64,000 bases of DNA from Eledone cirrhosa (lineage: Eukaryota): the NCBI GenBank assembly GCA_964016885.1, contig OZ024748.1, forward strand, positions 310,001 to 374,000, read 5' to 3'. Positions 1 through 11,812 of the stretch are shown one piece after another (position 1 is the stretch's first letter; every line of letters begins with the position of its first letter). The notes below the pieces were generated by a model. It did not search any database. It had not been told where the DNA came from and saw only the letters and a program-made list of their open reading frames with translations. The position numbers and the translations under genes are program-made.

Positions 1-191
1 CCGTCGACTGCCCTTATGCTGCTCTTCCCTCCCCACCTCTGCGCCACCCCCGCGGTCACCAGTGTCGTCGTACAGCCCGTATCCACGAGGGCTCGCTGTG
101 GCTTCCCCCTCACGAAGACTTCCACCACGGGCAGCGCCGCTACTCGTAAGGGGCAACTACCGGCGCAGTAGTTCCCCTTGGATCGTTTCCC
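1..191 (-). CDS. pol: Start of the Gypsy pol (aspartic protease) in the -1 frame relative to gag; runs off the window
   Basis: The -1 frame reads RSKGNYCAGSCPLRVAALPVVEVFVRGKPQRALVDTGCTTTLV, containing the DTG protease motif. Confidence 0.85.
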
Positions 192-901
192 TGGTCGCAG
201 TTAGTAGCGATGTGGCCTGGTCGCTTACACCGGTAGCAAATTATCTCCGGCTTCGACTCTCTACAGTCTCTAGCCATATGCGGGCCCTGGCACCTAAAAC
301 AGCGTCCCCTAAATTCTCGCGGACGGCCGCGTGCCGAGGTTGCCTCCCTTTGACCATTTCGCTGCCAGGTGTCCTGAGCCTCCGTAGTCGCTATCGCCGC
401 AACACTCTTTTTGGCATCTTGCGCTATGATCCGGGCTTGTTCCACCAGTGAACGCATTTCCATCTCCTTGTACCCCGGGACTTGCTGCAGTTTCACCGCT
501 ATGTCGTCCGGAAATCCATTGATGAATGCCAACCGCACCGTGCGTTCGCATTCCGCCTGGTAACCGGCCAACATAGCCAACCGCCTTATTTCCGCTGCGA
601 AAATGTCGACGCGCTCACCATTCCACCTGATTCTCGCCAGCTTAGCAAAAGCCGCCAACGGTCCCTCGGCGAATGCATCCATCAGACGCCTCTCAATCTT
701 CTGCACATCTCTTTGGCTGTGCTCGTCCAACTCAAGGAAGAGTACCAACGCGTCGCCCTCGAGGTACAATGCAATGAGACCGGCCACGTCTTCTATCTTC
801 TGCAAGTCTGCGACCAGCCGAACCTTCCGCAGCCAAGCGACAACATCACCTTCTCCGGTGAATGGCCTGATAGCTTCGTTCATCCGTAGTCTTGTCGCCA
901 T
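140..901 (-). CDS. gag: Ty3/Gypsy LTR-retrotransposon Gag with two CCHC zinc knuckles
   Basis: Intact 253-aa ORF with CFRCQGPHMARDC and CYRCKRPGHIATNC knuckles; GC-rich relative to the flanks. Confidence 0.9.
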   Translation of the reverse strand: MATRLRMNEAIRPFTGEGDVVAWLRKVRLVADLQKIEDVAGLIALYLEGDALVLFLELDEHSQRDVQKIERRLMDAFAEGPLAAFAKLARIRWNGERVDIFAAEIRRLAMLAGYQAECERTVRLAFINGFPDDIAVKLQQVPGYKEMEMRSLVEQARIIAQDAKKSVAAIATTEAQDTWQRNGQREATSARGRPREFRGRCFRCQGPHMARDCRESKPEIICYRCKRPGHIATNCDQGNDPRGTTAPVVAPYE

Positions 902-904
902 CTT

Positions 905-1468
905 CTGATTTGTTTTGCGGCAAGTGTTTTCTTTTTTTTTTTTCAGTCGCCGAAATAGCTTGTAGTTAGAAAAAGCTATCTCACTTACCGCTTTTCACAG
1001 GCGCCGCTAAATTCCACTGCAGGTACTCCTCTTCCACGTGAGTCCGACTGCTTAACACCGGGAGCTGCCCAAAACTCGCGTCCACACCGTGTGCTGGTCA
1101 CCATTAGAGAGAGGCCCTCTCCTGGCCCTTCCGGTCGAGCATCCTTCCGGCCAAAGACCCCTTCCGGTCGAGCACTCAAAAACCCCTTCCGGTCGAGCAC
1201 TCCCCCCCCCGCCTCCGGCCACCGCACGCCACACCATACCCACAAACACTTCCTTCTCCAAGCCTAGATTCGAAACCGAATCTAAGAATTCTCGCTGTTC
1301 AAAATCACGACGACAGGCGCCAAAGAAAGGTTTTTCCTTTGTCCTGTCAAAAAGTGATTGATCGTCTCCCTTTGACCTACGACCTCAGCTAGGTCAAGAC
1401 AAAGTCAAATTGACCGAAGGACGTAGAAACTCTGTTGCGGTATGTCTATCATTCTAGCCACCGCAACA
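905..1468 (-). mobile_element. Probable 5' LTR/leader of the Gypsy element
   Basis: GC-rich block upstream of gag, starting TGTTGCGG at 1468 on the minus strand next to a (TA)n flank. It contains repeated TGCTCGACCGGAAGG motifs. The inner LTR boundary and PBS were not resolved. Confidence 0.6.
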
Positions 1469-2635
1469 TTATATATATATGAGAGTCAATGGAAACCCGA
1501 AAACAGAGAGCTGGTCTGACACCACACGGAGAGACCTACTGTGTCAGATGAACTACACACACACACTCACACAAACATATTCATTCTAACACACCAGTTC
1601 CACAAATGCATCCTGGTTCTATTTTCTAACAGCTCGTAGCAGTTGTCAACAGTAACATTTTTGTATGTAGTAAAGCATGATGTGTACATAACCACAAATT
1701 AAGTTCCAGTGAAATAAATTATTTTTATAATGAATCCATTCACCTACTTGTTCATTTTTCCGGCATACACATGCCTTATCAATATTTCACCATTATACAC
1801 ATACAACCACTACAGACCTTATAGAAGTGTCTAGAAGAGAGAGAGAGAGAGATTAAGCATACCTTATGGTTTGGCACCACTGGGTCGGGCCTCTTTTCGT
1901 GGCAGGGTCTCCTTAGCTCCAGGGAATTATTTCTCAAAACCATCTGGTACATTGCTGTTGCGTAGCAGAGCCCAGTCCTTCATTAGGGACAACAACGGCC
2001 GTGGTGAAGCAGTTATATATTTAGAGGTAACGTAGGAATGACGATATATCTGAAATAGAGATTTTAGGGGTTATAAAGGGCCAGAGTTAAAGGTGGAGTA
2101 GATATGATATATCTGAATATATAGAATGGTGGTGTTGGTGGTGATATAGTGCTGTAGTGTGTGGTAGTGTTCTAATGTAGGTTCAGTATGTGGTGGTGGT
2201 GCTTCAATTGTTAGTGTGCTGCACTCATAAACATAAGATCAAACCCTAGGTCTGGCAGCACATTGTATTAATAAGCCAGTTGCTTCATTTCAAGTTTTTC
2301 GGGATAGAACTGGAGTCTATCACTACAACAACCGGGAAACTTCCTATGTGAAGACACCCTTGTCCATCTACCTATCTATATACATATATCCACACACACA
2401 AAAACACAGATCCATAAACATTTATGAAAAAAATGGAAAAAATTAAAATCACAAGTTAGGCTACTCTATAATTTAACTATTTAGTTCTCTCCCTTGTTGG
2501 GTGTGGGTGTGTTTTATTTAGAAAGTTCAGACAGACAGCCATACACATACATGATATGAGGGCGACCCGTCGTATCAATGTATCTAATTATTTGTCACTT
2601 CAAAGCTTGCCTTTCTTTTAACATTAAGTGTATGC

Positions 2636-2667
<32 letters not shown>

Positions 2668-2994
2668 GCATACCTTTTGGTTTGGCACCACTGGGTCGGG
2701 CCTCTTTTCGGGGCGGGGTCTTCTTAGTTCAAGGGAAGTATTTCTCAGTGTCCAAATTGTCCTCACATTCAGAGTGCCCATAAGCCTTGACAACCTTAGT
2801 GCTGTTAAATCGACTACATGGTTCTTTTATTATTTCACCCATAAATGGGGCCCTAACAGGTAACACAGCTCCGGGCCAGAGCAGACCTGGGAGTTAAGAC
2901 AACTAAGGGGTAACTCCACATTCCCCACAGCTCATGAACTCCCGAACTGGAGCCTTGTCACTGGATGTAGTTTAATGTCATACCCAGGACAATA

Positions 2995-3028
<34 letters not shown>

Positions 3029-3204
3029 GATAGATAGATAGATAGATAAATATACACGGGTGTGTATGATTGTGTATAGAAGATTATATTAATAAAAGGA
3101 ATTCCAACTTTGTCTGATTTACTAGTTTTATTTACAATCCTTTAAAATTTATAATGGTATTATAATGAAATAGTATGGTAGAATATTAAATGTTAAGTGT
3201 TAAT

Positions 3205-3243
3205 TGAACAAGTACTTTCATGCTTTCGCAATCTTCAGGTTCA
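3205..3243 (-). ncRNA. Minimal type I hammerhead ribozyme (Penelope pLTR type)
   Basis: TGAAC-CTGAAGA-TTGCGAAAGCAT-GAAA-GTAC-TT-GTTCA: intact core, stem I TGAAC/GTTCA, GAAA-capped stem II, palindromic GTAC in stem III. Confidence 0.65.
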
Positions 3244-3425
3244 TAATGTGTGGTGAAAGTCAAGTTTGCAATTTTCAACTGTAATGAGATGGGTAAATTT
3301 TGTACCTTATATACAGTGAAAAGTGGCTCCAGAATGCTAAATCTTGAAAACTGTATTTCGACCAATCGGTGTGTAGTTTCACTGGATTACCAAAGCTGAT
3401 TGGTTTAGGCATCACAGTTGGTTGA

Positions 3426-3463
<38 letters not shown>

Positions 3464-3487
3464 GTTTGACAGATTTAACCTGAAGCA

Positions 3488-3809
3488 TACGGAAAATACA
3501 GGATAAAGAGTAAAATGTACAGATCGTTTCAATAACTATTTCATCTCCCAGACAGATTAGAGATTTAATCTGTTTCGCCCTGAGAATTGTGTTTGTAACA
3601 GATAATCCGTAGGCATCATCAGCGAGAGATAAGATCAAATGTGACAAATACCTAAAACTAAAAGCTACACGAATGAATATTTCACCTCGTGCAAGCAAAC
3701 GGAAAATACAGGACAGAGTAAAATGTACACTGTTTAAATAACTATTTCATCTCCCGGACAGATTAGAGATTTAATCTGTTTCGCCATGAGAATTGTGTTT
3801 GTAACAGAT
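3488..3809. repeat. Local direct duplication of about 110 bp
   Basis: GGAAAATACAGGA...GAATTGTGTTTGTAACAGAT occurs at about 3490-3603 and about 3700-3809. Confidence 0.8.
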
Positions 3810-4878
3810 CAGAAGACTGACTATTGTGCGTATATAAATGATGATAAAAAGAATTATGATATTAAATATTATATAGTAGAGCAACAGTATGTCTATTAAA
3901 TATTATATAGTAGGGCAACAGTATGATATTAAATATTATATAGTAGGGCAACATCTATTAAAGACAATGTTTGAAGGGAACAATAATTACAATATTTTTG
4001 TTGAGAAACATTTTTTCAAAATAAGTATAATTTATTTCAAAATATTAAAAAATTTGGATATATAAAATTTTGTTGTTAGTATGCTGCTGTTTGGAACAAA
4101 ATTTAAATGGGCAATTTTAATCTAAATATGAACATATTAAAATGGTTGGTTTTATATGGGAACTTAGATCGGTTGGTATCAAAAGGCTCAAATGTCACAA
4201 GATACTGAAAACACTCAGATCATCATCATCAGCATTTAATGCCTATTTTCCCTGCTAGGAAGGATATATAAAACTGGCTGGCCCCATGCCGTAAAAAATG
4301 ACAGTTAATTTTAATGTCTATACATGCTCACTCACACAACTGTAATAAATTTTAGAACGCTGGACTTCTAAAGTTTCTTACCCCCTCCTTCCTCAAATAG
4401 ATGTGTGTGTAGGTCATAATTATTTTTTCGAAGTGTGTCTATTTATATATATGTGTGTTTGTAATTCTAATGCCTATGTATCTTTCTAAATAAACACACA
4501 CATCATATATAAATATTATTTACACAAACACTCAATCATAACAGCCAGTGTGTGTAGCCAATTTGCTATATATATATATATATATATATATATAAGTATA
4601 CACAGGTGTAATGGATGTTAGACGCTGCTTTCTGTAGTTTGTCATCACCCCTTACTTCCTCAGTCATCTCTAGTGCGTGACAGACAAATACACTGGCTAT
4701 ATCGGTAGAGGGTCGGACGCTATGCTTTCCAGCATAGTTACGTCCCTTTACGATCTGAGTTCAAATCCCGCCAAGGTTGACTTTGCCTTTCATCCTTACG
4801 GGGTCGATAAAATAAAGTACCAGTAATACACTGGGTAGAAACAATTATTATTATCATAAGGATTATCAAAATACTTAC

Positions 4879-4958
4879 TTTTGATAGCAAGAGAACAGAT
4901 TTTGGCCCATTCCATTAACCAGCTTGGCAAGTTTAGCTATATAGTCCCCTTCTTCATC
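4879..4958 (-). pseudogene. XPOT: Exportin-T-like exon (DEEGDYIAKLAKLVNGMGQNLFSCYQK)
   Basis: 80-bp exon bounded by TAG/GTAAGT; resembles XPOT EEDVDFLARFSKLVNGMGQSL. Confidence 0.82.
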
Positions 4959-5225
4959 CTAGAGGATAACAAAATAGATTTACTTCACTAACATTATTTA
5001 AAACAGTAATATTCATTTACAGACATTACTGATAATGAACAGTTAACTGACATAACAAAAGCTAATGGTAGGGTGCAGTATTGATATGGAGAGGGTGATG
5101 GAATAAAGAAGTTGATGATGTTAACAGACATGATAGTTAAAACAAGAGGGAGGGGAGGAGATGCTAGTAACAATATAAATACTACCAATAATAATAATAC
5201 AGATAAAAAAATCAAAAAATCCTAC

Positions 5226-5376
5226 CTCATTGGGATACATCACACCAGCACTGTTAAGAACAGTAGCAAATGATTCTATTAATTTGGTTTTTGCTACAGG
5301 TTCCATACCTTTTGATATGATTTCATAAATACAATCACAGACATGCTATATCTGGTTGGCTTGACTGGTATGTTGT
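5226..5376 (-). pseudogene. XPOT: Exportin-T-like fused exon with an internal deletion and frameshift
   Basis: 151 bp between phase-0 splice sites. TTYQSSQPDIAC is followed by a stop, and another frame gives CDCIYEIISKGMEPVAKTKLIESFATVLNSAG (cf. XPOT ACDCLFEVVNKGMDPVDKMKLVESL). Confidence 0.8.
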
Positions 5377-6701
5377 CTAGACAAAGAGAAGAAAAATAAA
5401 CATGAAAACAAGCTAAAATCTTCTTCTCCCACTTATTCCTGAGAGGGTTGTGGGTCCTCAAACACCCCCTCCAGTGGGTCTGTCAAAAGCAACCATCTCT
5501 AACTGATCCGGCTGGATCCCCAAGCAAGACCAGCCAAGCTCATGGATGTTATCCAACCATCAATGCTCAGGGCTACCCCTGGGTCTCCTACCTGTTGGTT
5601 TTGCCCGTAAAATCTGTCCAGCAATTCTTTCCTGAGACATTCTAACCACATGCCCTATCTGGAGTGACAAGATTAAATGTCATCGTAATTCAACATCCAT
5701 TCTCTCCACTGATCTCTCAGACAGGTTGGAGGACAGTATCTCACATGCCCACACTGTTGAGTGCACCGGGCTTAGTGGTACCAGCACTAAGGTCTTATCT
5801 CACACCTTGATGACCCATCCAAACCAGGTAAGCATGGAAAACGGGCTTAAAATGCTGATATAAGGGACAAAATGAGTAACAAAAACAAGAGTTTTAAGGT
5901 TTATTTTTTTGCTAAAGCAGGTGTTAACTTTGCAGACCCCACAACAGACTTCATACTCATCAATGGGATCCATTTTGAGGCAGAGATTGATGCCCTTCTT
6001 GGCACTAACCCCTTTATTTGCCTCTTATGACACAAATGAATATAAATAACATTGTCATTTCTTTCATCCATTTTTCTATAATAGCATGGGTTAGACTGGA
6101 TTTTTTTGAAGTGATGTATTAGAACTCTGCTTGGCATTTAAGCCTTTTAGTCGCTTCTTACAAGCAGGGATACAATGTAATTTATTTTAAAAACCAGAAT
6201 ACACATGGTATGTTAACAATAAAAGCATTTAGCAGAGCCGACTCTGTTGAAAGCATTCAAACTAGGTCTCCGATGTGAGGATACTCCACCCTGCAACACA
6301 CACATACACAAGTTTCAGTGGCTCGGACTAAGCTATAAATAAAAAATAAGTTATTTCACTAAATCCCTCTTAATTCAGTATTTTTAAAATCAATTGACAT
6401 ACATAAACAATATATCTTAAAAGAAATAGGGCCATTTCACTGTTGAGGCAGGTGTTAGCCTCATGACAGTCTTTATACTCAACATGGGATCTTTCTGGGA
6501 TGATTTACACCTGGATATCATTCCTGGCACCAACAGTTTTAGTTGCATCTTACGACATGAAGAGATATGGTATTCTAAATAGAATGCATGGGCAATGTAT
6601 CTCATAAATATGGTTACAAAAGAATTAAGAGCTTCTCCATAGGACTATAGATGTAGACGCAAGAGAAAAATAACAAAAATTCTGTCAAAATATATAGTTA
6701 C

Positions 6702-6785
6702 CATAATCTGTAACCAGGAATCTACTAACTGATGAACACAATGTTCCCTCACAGCATCCTTTAAGTTGGTATTACGGTCAGCTGC
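6702..6785 (-). pseudogene. XPOT: Exportin-T-like exon (AADRNTNLKDAVREHCVHQLVDSWLQIM)
   Basis: 84-bp exon bounded by AG/GT; resembles recalled vertebrate XPOT EARRNTLIKDTMREQCIPNLVESWYQIL. Confidence 0.8.
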
Positions 6786-8416
6786 CTGTAAATGGAGAAT
6801 ATTACCAAGTCTTTCAAAATTGTAAAATAATAATGCAATGATTTACAGAAGCATTCCCTCGAATACTAAGTAACTTTTCTGAAGTGGACACAGTAATAAT
6901 GCAATGATTTAACCGGGCCGTATCCATCCAGAATTCTCTTGCCTCTTTCAGTTCAAACCAGTCACAACCAGCTGTTCATACTTATGTTAAGGTATTGTTC
7001 TCAAAATGAATATATCAAAATCTCAGATTCAATATTATGGAATTACCATGGAAATATAATAGTAAATATAGAATAATGTAAATGCTAAAGGGTTAAGAAG
7101 CATTTCAAGGTCATTTTCCGAGATACTGAGTACCTTTTCTGATTTAAAGCAATAACAAAATTAGAATGACATCAAATATGGATAACTTTCACACCAGATA
7201 TACCACAAACCCTCAATATATTTGCTTAAGCTTGGAATTCATAGCAAACCACAAATGTAAACATAATTTTAGGTGGTAGATTCAATCTGTTGATCAGTTA
7301 ATCACCACCGTCTGGCCTAGGCATTCAGACCAAGTTTCTGGTTTGATACCTTACTTCTTTCATCTTTCCAGACTCACTGACACTGAATATGGTCACAGCA
7401 TTCTTCTCTTTGACCAAACATCATCTTATGTCTACTTTCTATGATCGCATGGATTGAAGAAGTACTTCACATTCATATGTTCTAAACTTTGGCATAGTTT
7501 TTACAACTGGATGCCTTTTCTAATATCAACCATTTTACAGAGTGTACTAGATGCATTTTATAATAAATAGTACCAGTACTAGTAAGGTTGTTATGGCTTT
7601 TACAAGACAAAAATGAATGGCTATGAATACAGCAACATGGCTGAATGATAATGCTTGTGAGAAACAAAACAAGGTTCCATTTCATGTTGGCTACTACTGA
7701 GATTTGATATCCTCGGTCCCCAGTCTCCTCTGTATAATTAGGACAGGGACATCATGTTTAGAGAAGAAGCCTCATGAGATTTTGTGGCAACACTTTTGCC
7801 ATCTTGTCCATAGGACATGGCTGCTGCTACCCTGTTCAACAGAAGGGAGGGGCATTTTTTAATGTATCTAATCAAACTCATCAAGGAGTCTTTTTTTTTT
7901 TAGGCAATGTTTTGTAGCCAGATCTTCCTGGTATCAACACTATTAGTGCCATATAACAACATGCATAAATACAGTATCTATTCTAAACCAGATACAGTAT
8001 TAATGTCTATCTAGTCTAGGAAGTAAAAGAAAAGGGAAGATCAAGAAAGGTGTGACTAAGATGAGGGTGACAAAGACCAGAAGGCTGGTGAGGGAGGATG
8101 TAGAGGATAGAAGAAAATGGAGATGTTTGTGATTGAGTCTGCAAGGGACAATGACCTTAAAATGCTTCTGGATTATTTTTGTGTATATTGAAGACAAAAA
8201 TGATAAAACACAAGCAACATGCTGGAAAAAAAGTCAGTTCATGTTTGTGAATACAAATATGTATAATGAAATAGATATGGTTTTATAAATATAGTTTCCA
8301 TTTAATAATATCGTATATCTACTCCAAAAATTTGTCGAGTGCTTTATATCAGTTATAAAAATATTTACTTGTTGTATCCCAACAATTTTAAATAGAACTT
8401 TTGCATATATATATAC

Positions 8417-8512
<96 letters not shown>

Positions 8513-8939
8513 TTATATATATATACATTTATATATATATACATATATATACATTTATATATATATACATATACAGGGTGGGGCATAAAAACTGTTACAA
8601 AATATAATGCAAATAGTTCTTGAAAAAAACATTTCTGTCTACCTCTTATTTCTATCTGTGTACATATATGCGTATATATGTGTTTGTATGTATCTGTCTA
8701 TGTGTAACTAGGTGCACTGGAGCAATGTGAAGTGAAGTGTCTTGCTCAAGAACGCATTTTGTGGAGTTATATCATCGTTTCTTGTTATAAAACTACTTAA
8801 CTACTTATACGACCGGCGTAACAGTCGGTATAGGTGAAAGATGTAGAAATAAAAGGCTGTAGCAGTGATATAAATAAAGATGGAGTAGTTTAACATGACC
8901 AAGAATGAATGTTTAATGGAATTAAGTGTAATTTAATAG

Positions 8940-9255
8940 GAAATAAGACGCTAGAACAGCGAAATGTTTGCGTAAAATAAAAGAACAAACAAGATGGCGA
9001 CACGTAAATTTTTGTTTTTTTTCTCTATGTAAGCGTTATTTTAAGCGCGATTTGCCTTGCTGCCCACGCTGCTCAGTCAGTAGCAGCTCCGCTTACGAAC
9101 CTCAGGGGCCTACGATTTTACATGATTCGAATCTCACCCCCTCCGGTCTTCTCGAGTTATCTCCTACTCTTTTTACTTAGTTCCAGGTGACTGAAAAAGG
9201 GCAAAGAGGGCGCGGCGATCGGCTTTGAGGAGGAGCGGTGAGAGACGACGATACA
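8940..9255. promoter_or_regulatory. CpG-rich promoter-like island with a YY1-type motif
   Basis: Local CpG enrichment in AT-rich DNA, AAGATGGCG at 8991-8999, and a minus-strand donor-like G|GTGAG at 9137. Confidence 0.4.
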
Positions 9256-9329
9256 ATGAAGGAGCAAAAATAAAGAGAGATGGACAGATAAATGCGTGTC
9301 ACACTCTCCCCTTCTCTTTACATTTTTCA

Positions 9330-9695
9330 GTCTATCTACCGTGTCCTTCTCCCACTTTCTTTATATCTTTTACTCTATCTACTGCGTATTTCTCACCCTC
9401 TCTTTACATCTATGACACCATCTCCCTCTTAATTCTCACCCTCTCTTTACTTATATTACTCTGTCTCCATCTTATTTCTCCCCATCTCTTTACATTTATT
9501 ACTCCATCTCCCTCTTATTTCTCCCCCTCTCTTTACTTCTATTACTCTATCTACTGCATGTTATTCCCCCTCTTTACGTCTATTACTCTATCTACCGCTT
9601 ATTTCTCACCCTCTCTTTACATTTATTACACCATTTCCCCCTTAGTTCAACCCCTCTCTTTACATCTATTACTCTATTACTCTATCTACCGCTTC
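9330..9695. repeat. Degenerate pyrimidine-rich tandem repeat
   Basis: Recurring TTTCTCACCCTCTCTTTACAT...TATTACTCTATCTAC units. Confidence 0.7.
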
Positions 9696-10657
9696 TATCA
9701 GGGCTACGACGTTACATAGTTTCGAATCTCAGACAGCTTGTAGCATAGGTGAAAGGATAGACCAACACTGGGGGGAACTAAAAGGACGAAAAAACGGTTC
9801 AGTACTATACGAACACGCCAGACAACATAGAAATTAAAATATCTAAACATAGAAATGATCAGCAGATAGGTAAATCAGAGAGGCCAGTGAAATAGAACTT
9901 AGAAGGCCAAAGCTAAACAGAAAAAAATGAATGGAATAACAACAACACCCAAACAAACAATACTGACCTAAAAGAAATATAAATAAATAAATAAATAAAT
10001 ACATACAAAAGCACAATAACAACAAACACATATAAACACACACTAGTAAACTAAGATAGAATACAATAACCAAAACACAGTCACCCAAACACGAACACAC
10101 ATCAAACATTATACACACACACAAACGCATGCGCAGAGAAGACAAAAATAAATAAATAAATAAATAAATAAACAGATTAAATAAAGATGGCGTAGACATA
10201 CAATACAACAGGAGGAAACATAATACACCACTGACGATGTTGCAGATGTGCAACGAAAGAACTTTGTTAGACTATATATATGTGTTTGTGTCTATATTAT
10301 ATCTGTATTTTTGACCGTTGGTCAGTCAATGGTAAACATTGAGGACCGAATAAATTAACTGATATAAAAGATACAGAAGCGAAAACCAACCAAACAGTGA
10401 GTGTGTTCTGTTATTAATTCTGGCAATATTATTACAACAATATGACCCTCCCCAAGTATAACAATATTTGTTTCGACACGATTTCATATAAAAAACCTCG
10501 CAAAACTATATACATATTATTACGTGTAAGCCCCACAGTTCTTGGGTATATATATATATATGTATGTATATATATATATAACGAAGGAGTTGTGGTAAGG
10601 AACCAGATGGACCATACTGCACCAGAGTACTCAATACTTAGGGTAGTGGAGTGGGTA

Positions 10658-10759
10658 ATAGGAAAAAGTATGACCCCGACGTCAGAGCTCAAGCCGTTTC
10701 GATGGCTATTTCCGTCTAAACGGCTTGAGCTCTACCGTCGGGGTCATACTTTTTCCTAT
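10658..10759. mobile_element. Foldback/MITE-like hairpin next to (TA)n
   Basis: Inverted arms of about 43 bp, ATAGGAAAAAGTATGACCCCGACG..AGAGCTCAAGCCGTTT; related sequence lies inverted at about 20510-20580. Confidence 0.7.
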
Positions 10760-10954
10760 ATATATATATATGTAGGTAACACGGTAAAAACCTCCCAGTT
10801 CCACACTGTAAATGTGGTTGGTGTTAGGAAGGGCATCCAGCCGTAGAAAAACCCACCAGACAGTCCTATGCGAGCAAGACAACCACTCTTGCCTCAAGTG
10901 GGAAAACTCCCATCCAAACCCATGCAAGCGTGGAATATGGACGTTAAACGATGA

Positions 10955-11031
<77 letters not shown>

Positions 11032-11073
11032 TATATATATGCAATGGTTGTGGGGTTTACATGCATTAATATG

Positions 11074-11113
<40 letters not shown>

Positions 11114-11812
11114 TGTACATATATATTTTTTAATGTATATATATATATATATATAAGTATATATAAATACATACACACACACACATATATACTCACACAC
11201 GCATATACATACACATATAATAGTATATTTATTTATTTAAGTAGACCAAGGTAGATATCTGTGTAGTTTGTCAAGGAAACATCACAACATAACTTAGACC
11301 CACACATTGACTGGAGACAAACTCTTTATTTCGCCCCCTGTCTCTCTCTCTCTCTTTCTCCCTTCCCCTCCCTCTCTCCCACTCACTCTATCTCTCTCCT
11401 TTCTAGTCTTATTCCGCCTTGTAAAAATTCTCTTGTAGCTCCTGGTCTCCTGTAACAAGGTAGACATTTGAAAGGTCTTCAACTGAAAGAGGAATACATC
11501 TGCACAAATCTGGAACTTGTACCTATAACAACACCTTTGAAGATCCTGTAGCTTGAATTGTTACATTTTTGTTTTGTTTTGTGGTGTTTTCTTCTTTTCT
11601 ATTCTACACAACAACTAAATTAAATGATATTTGATAAACTCTCCTTTCTGTTCTCTAAATATGGAAAATGAAAGGATGAAAGGCAAAGTTGACCCTGGCA
11701 GGATTTGAACTCAGAGCGATCAATGAAGTGGGACGAATGCCGTAAAGAATTCTATCCGACGTCTTAACGACTCAGCCATTTCACCGATAGGAGATATACA
11801 TACATACAAAAT

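Noticed and set aside
1868-1925. Possible HDV-like ribozyme (GCC-TCTTTTCGT-GGC)
   Set aside because: The loop is too long and no P1/P2 partners were found
4205-4260. Minus-strand LNADDDDLS resembling the next XPOT exon (HEDDDIS)
   Set aside because: It matches the (CAT)n tail and 3' end of the RTE family and has no flanking splice sites
8234-8607. Many ORFs rich in IYIY, HTHT, VVVV or HHHH across the window
   Set aside because: They are translations of (TA)n, (CA)n and (GAT/GGT)n microsatellites, with no splice or homology support
8968-9180. 70-aa ORF, or a short ATG ORF at 8994, as a first coding exon
   Set aside because: The ATG frame stops after 12 codons, and no downstream exon or recognisable homology supports it
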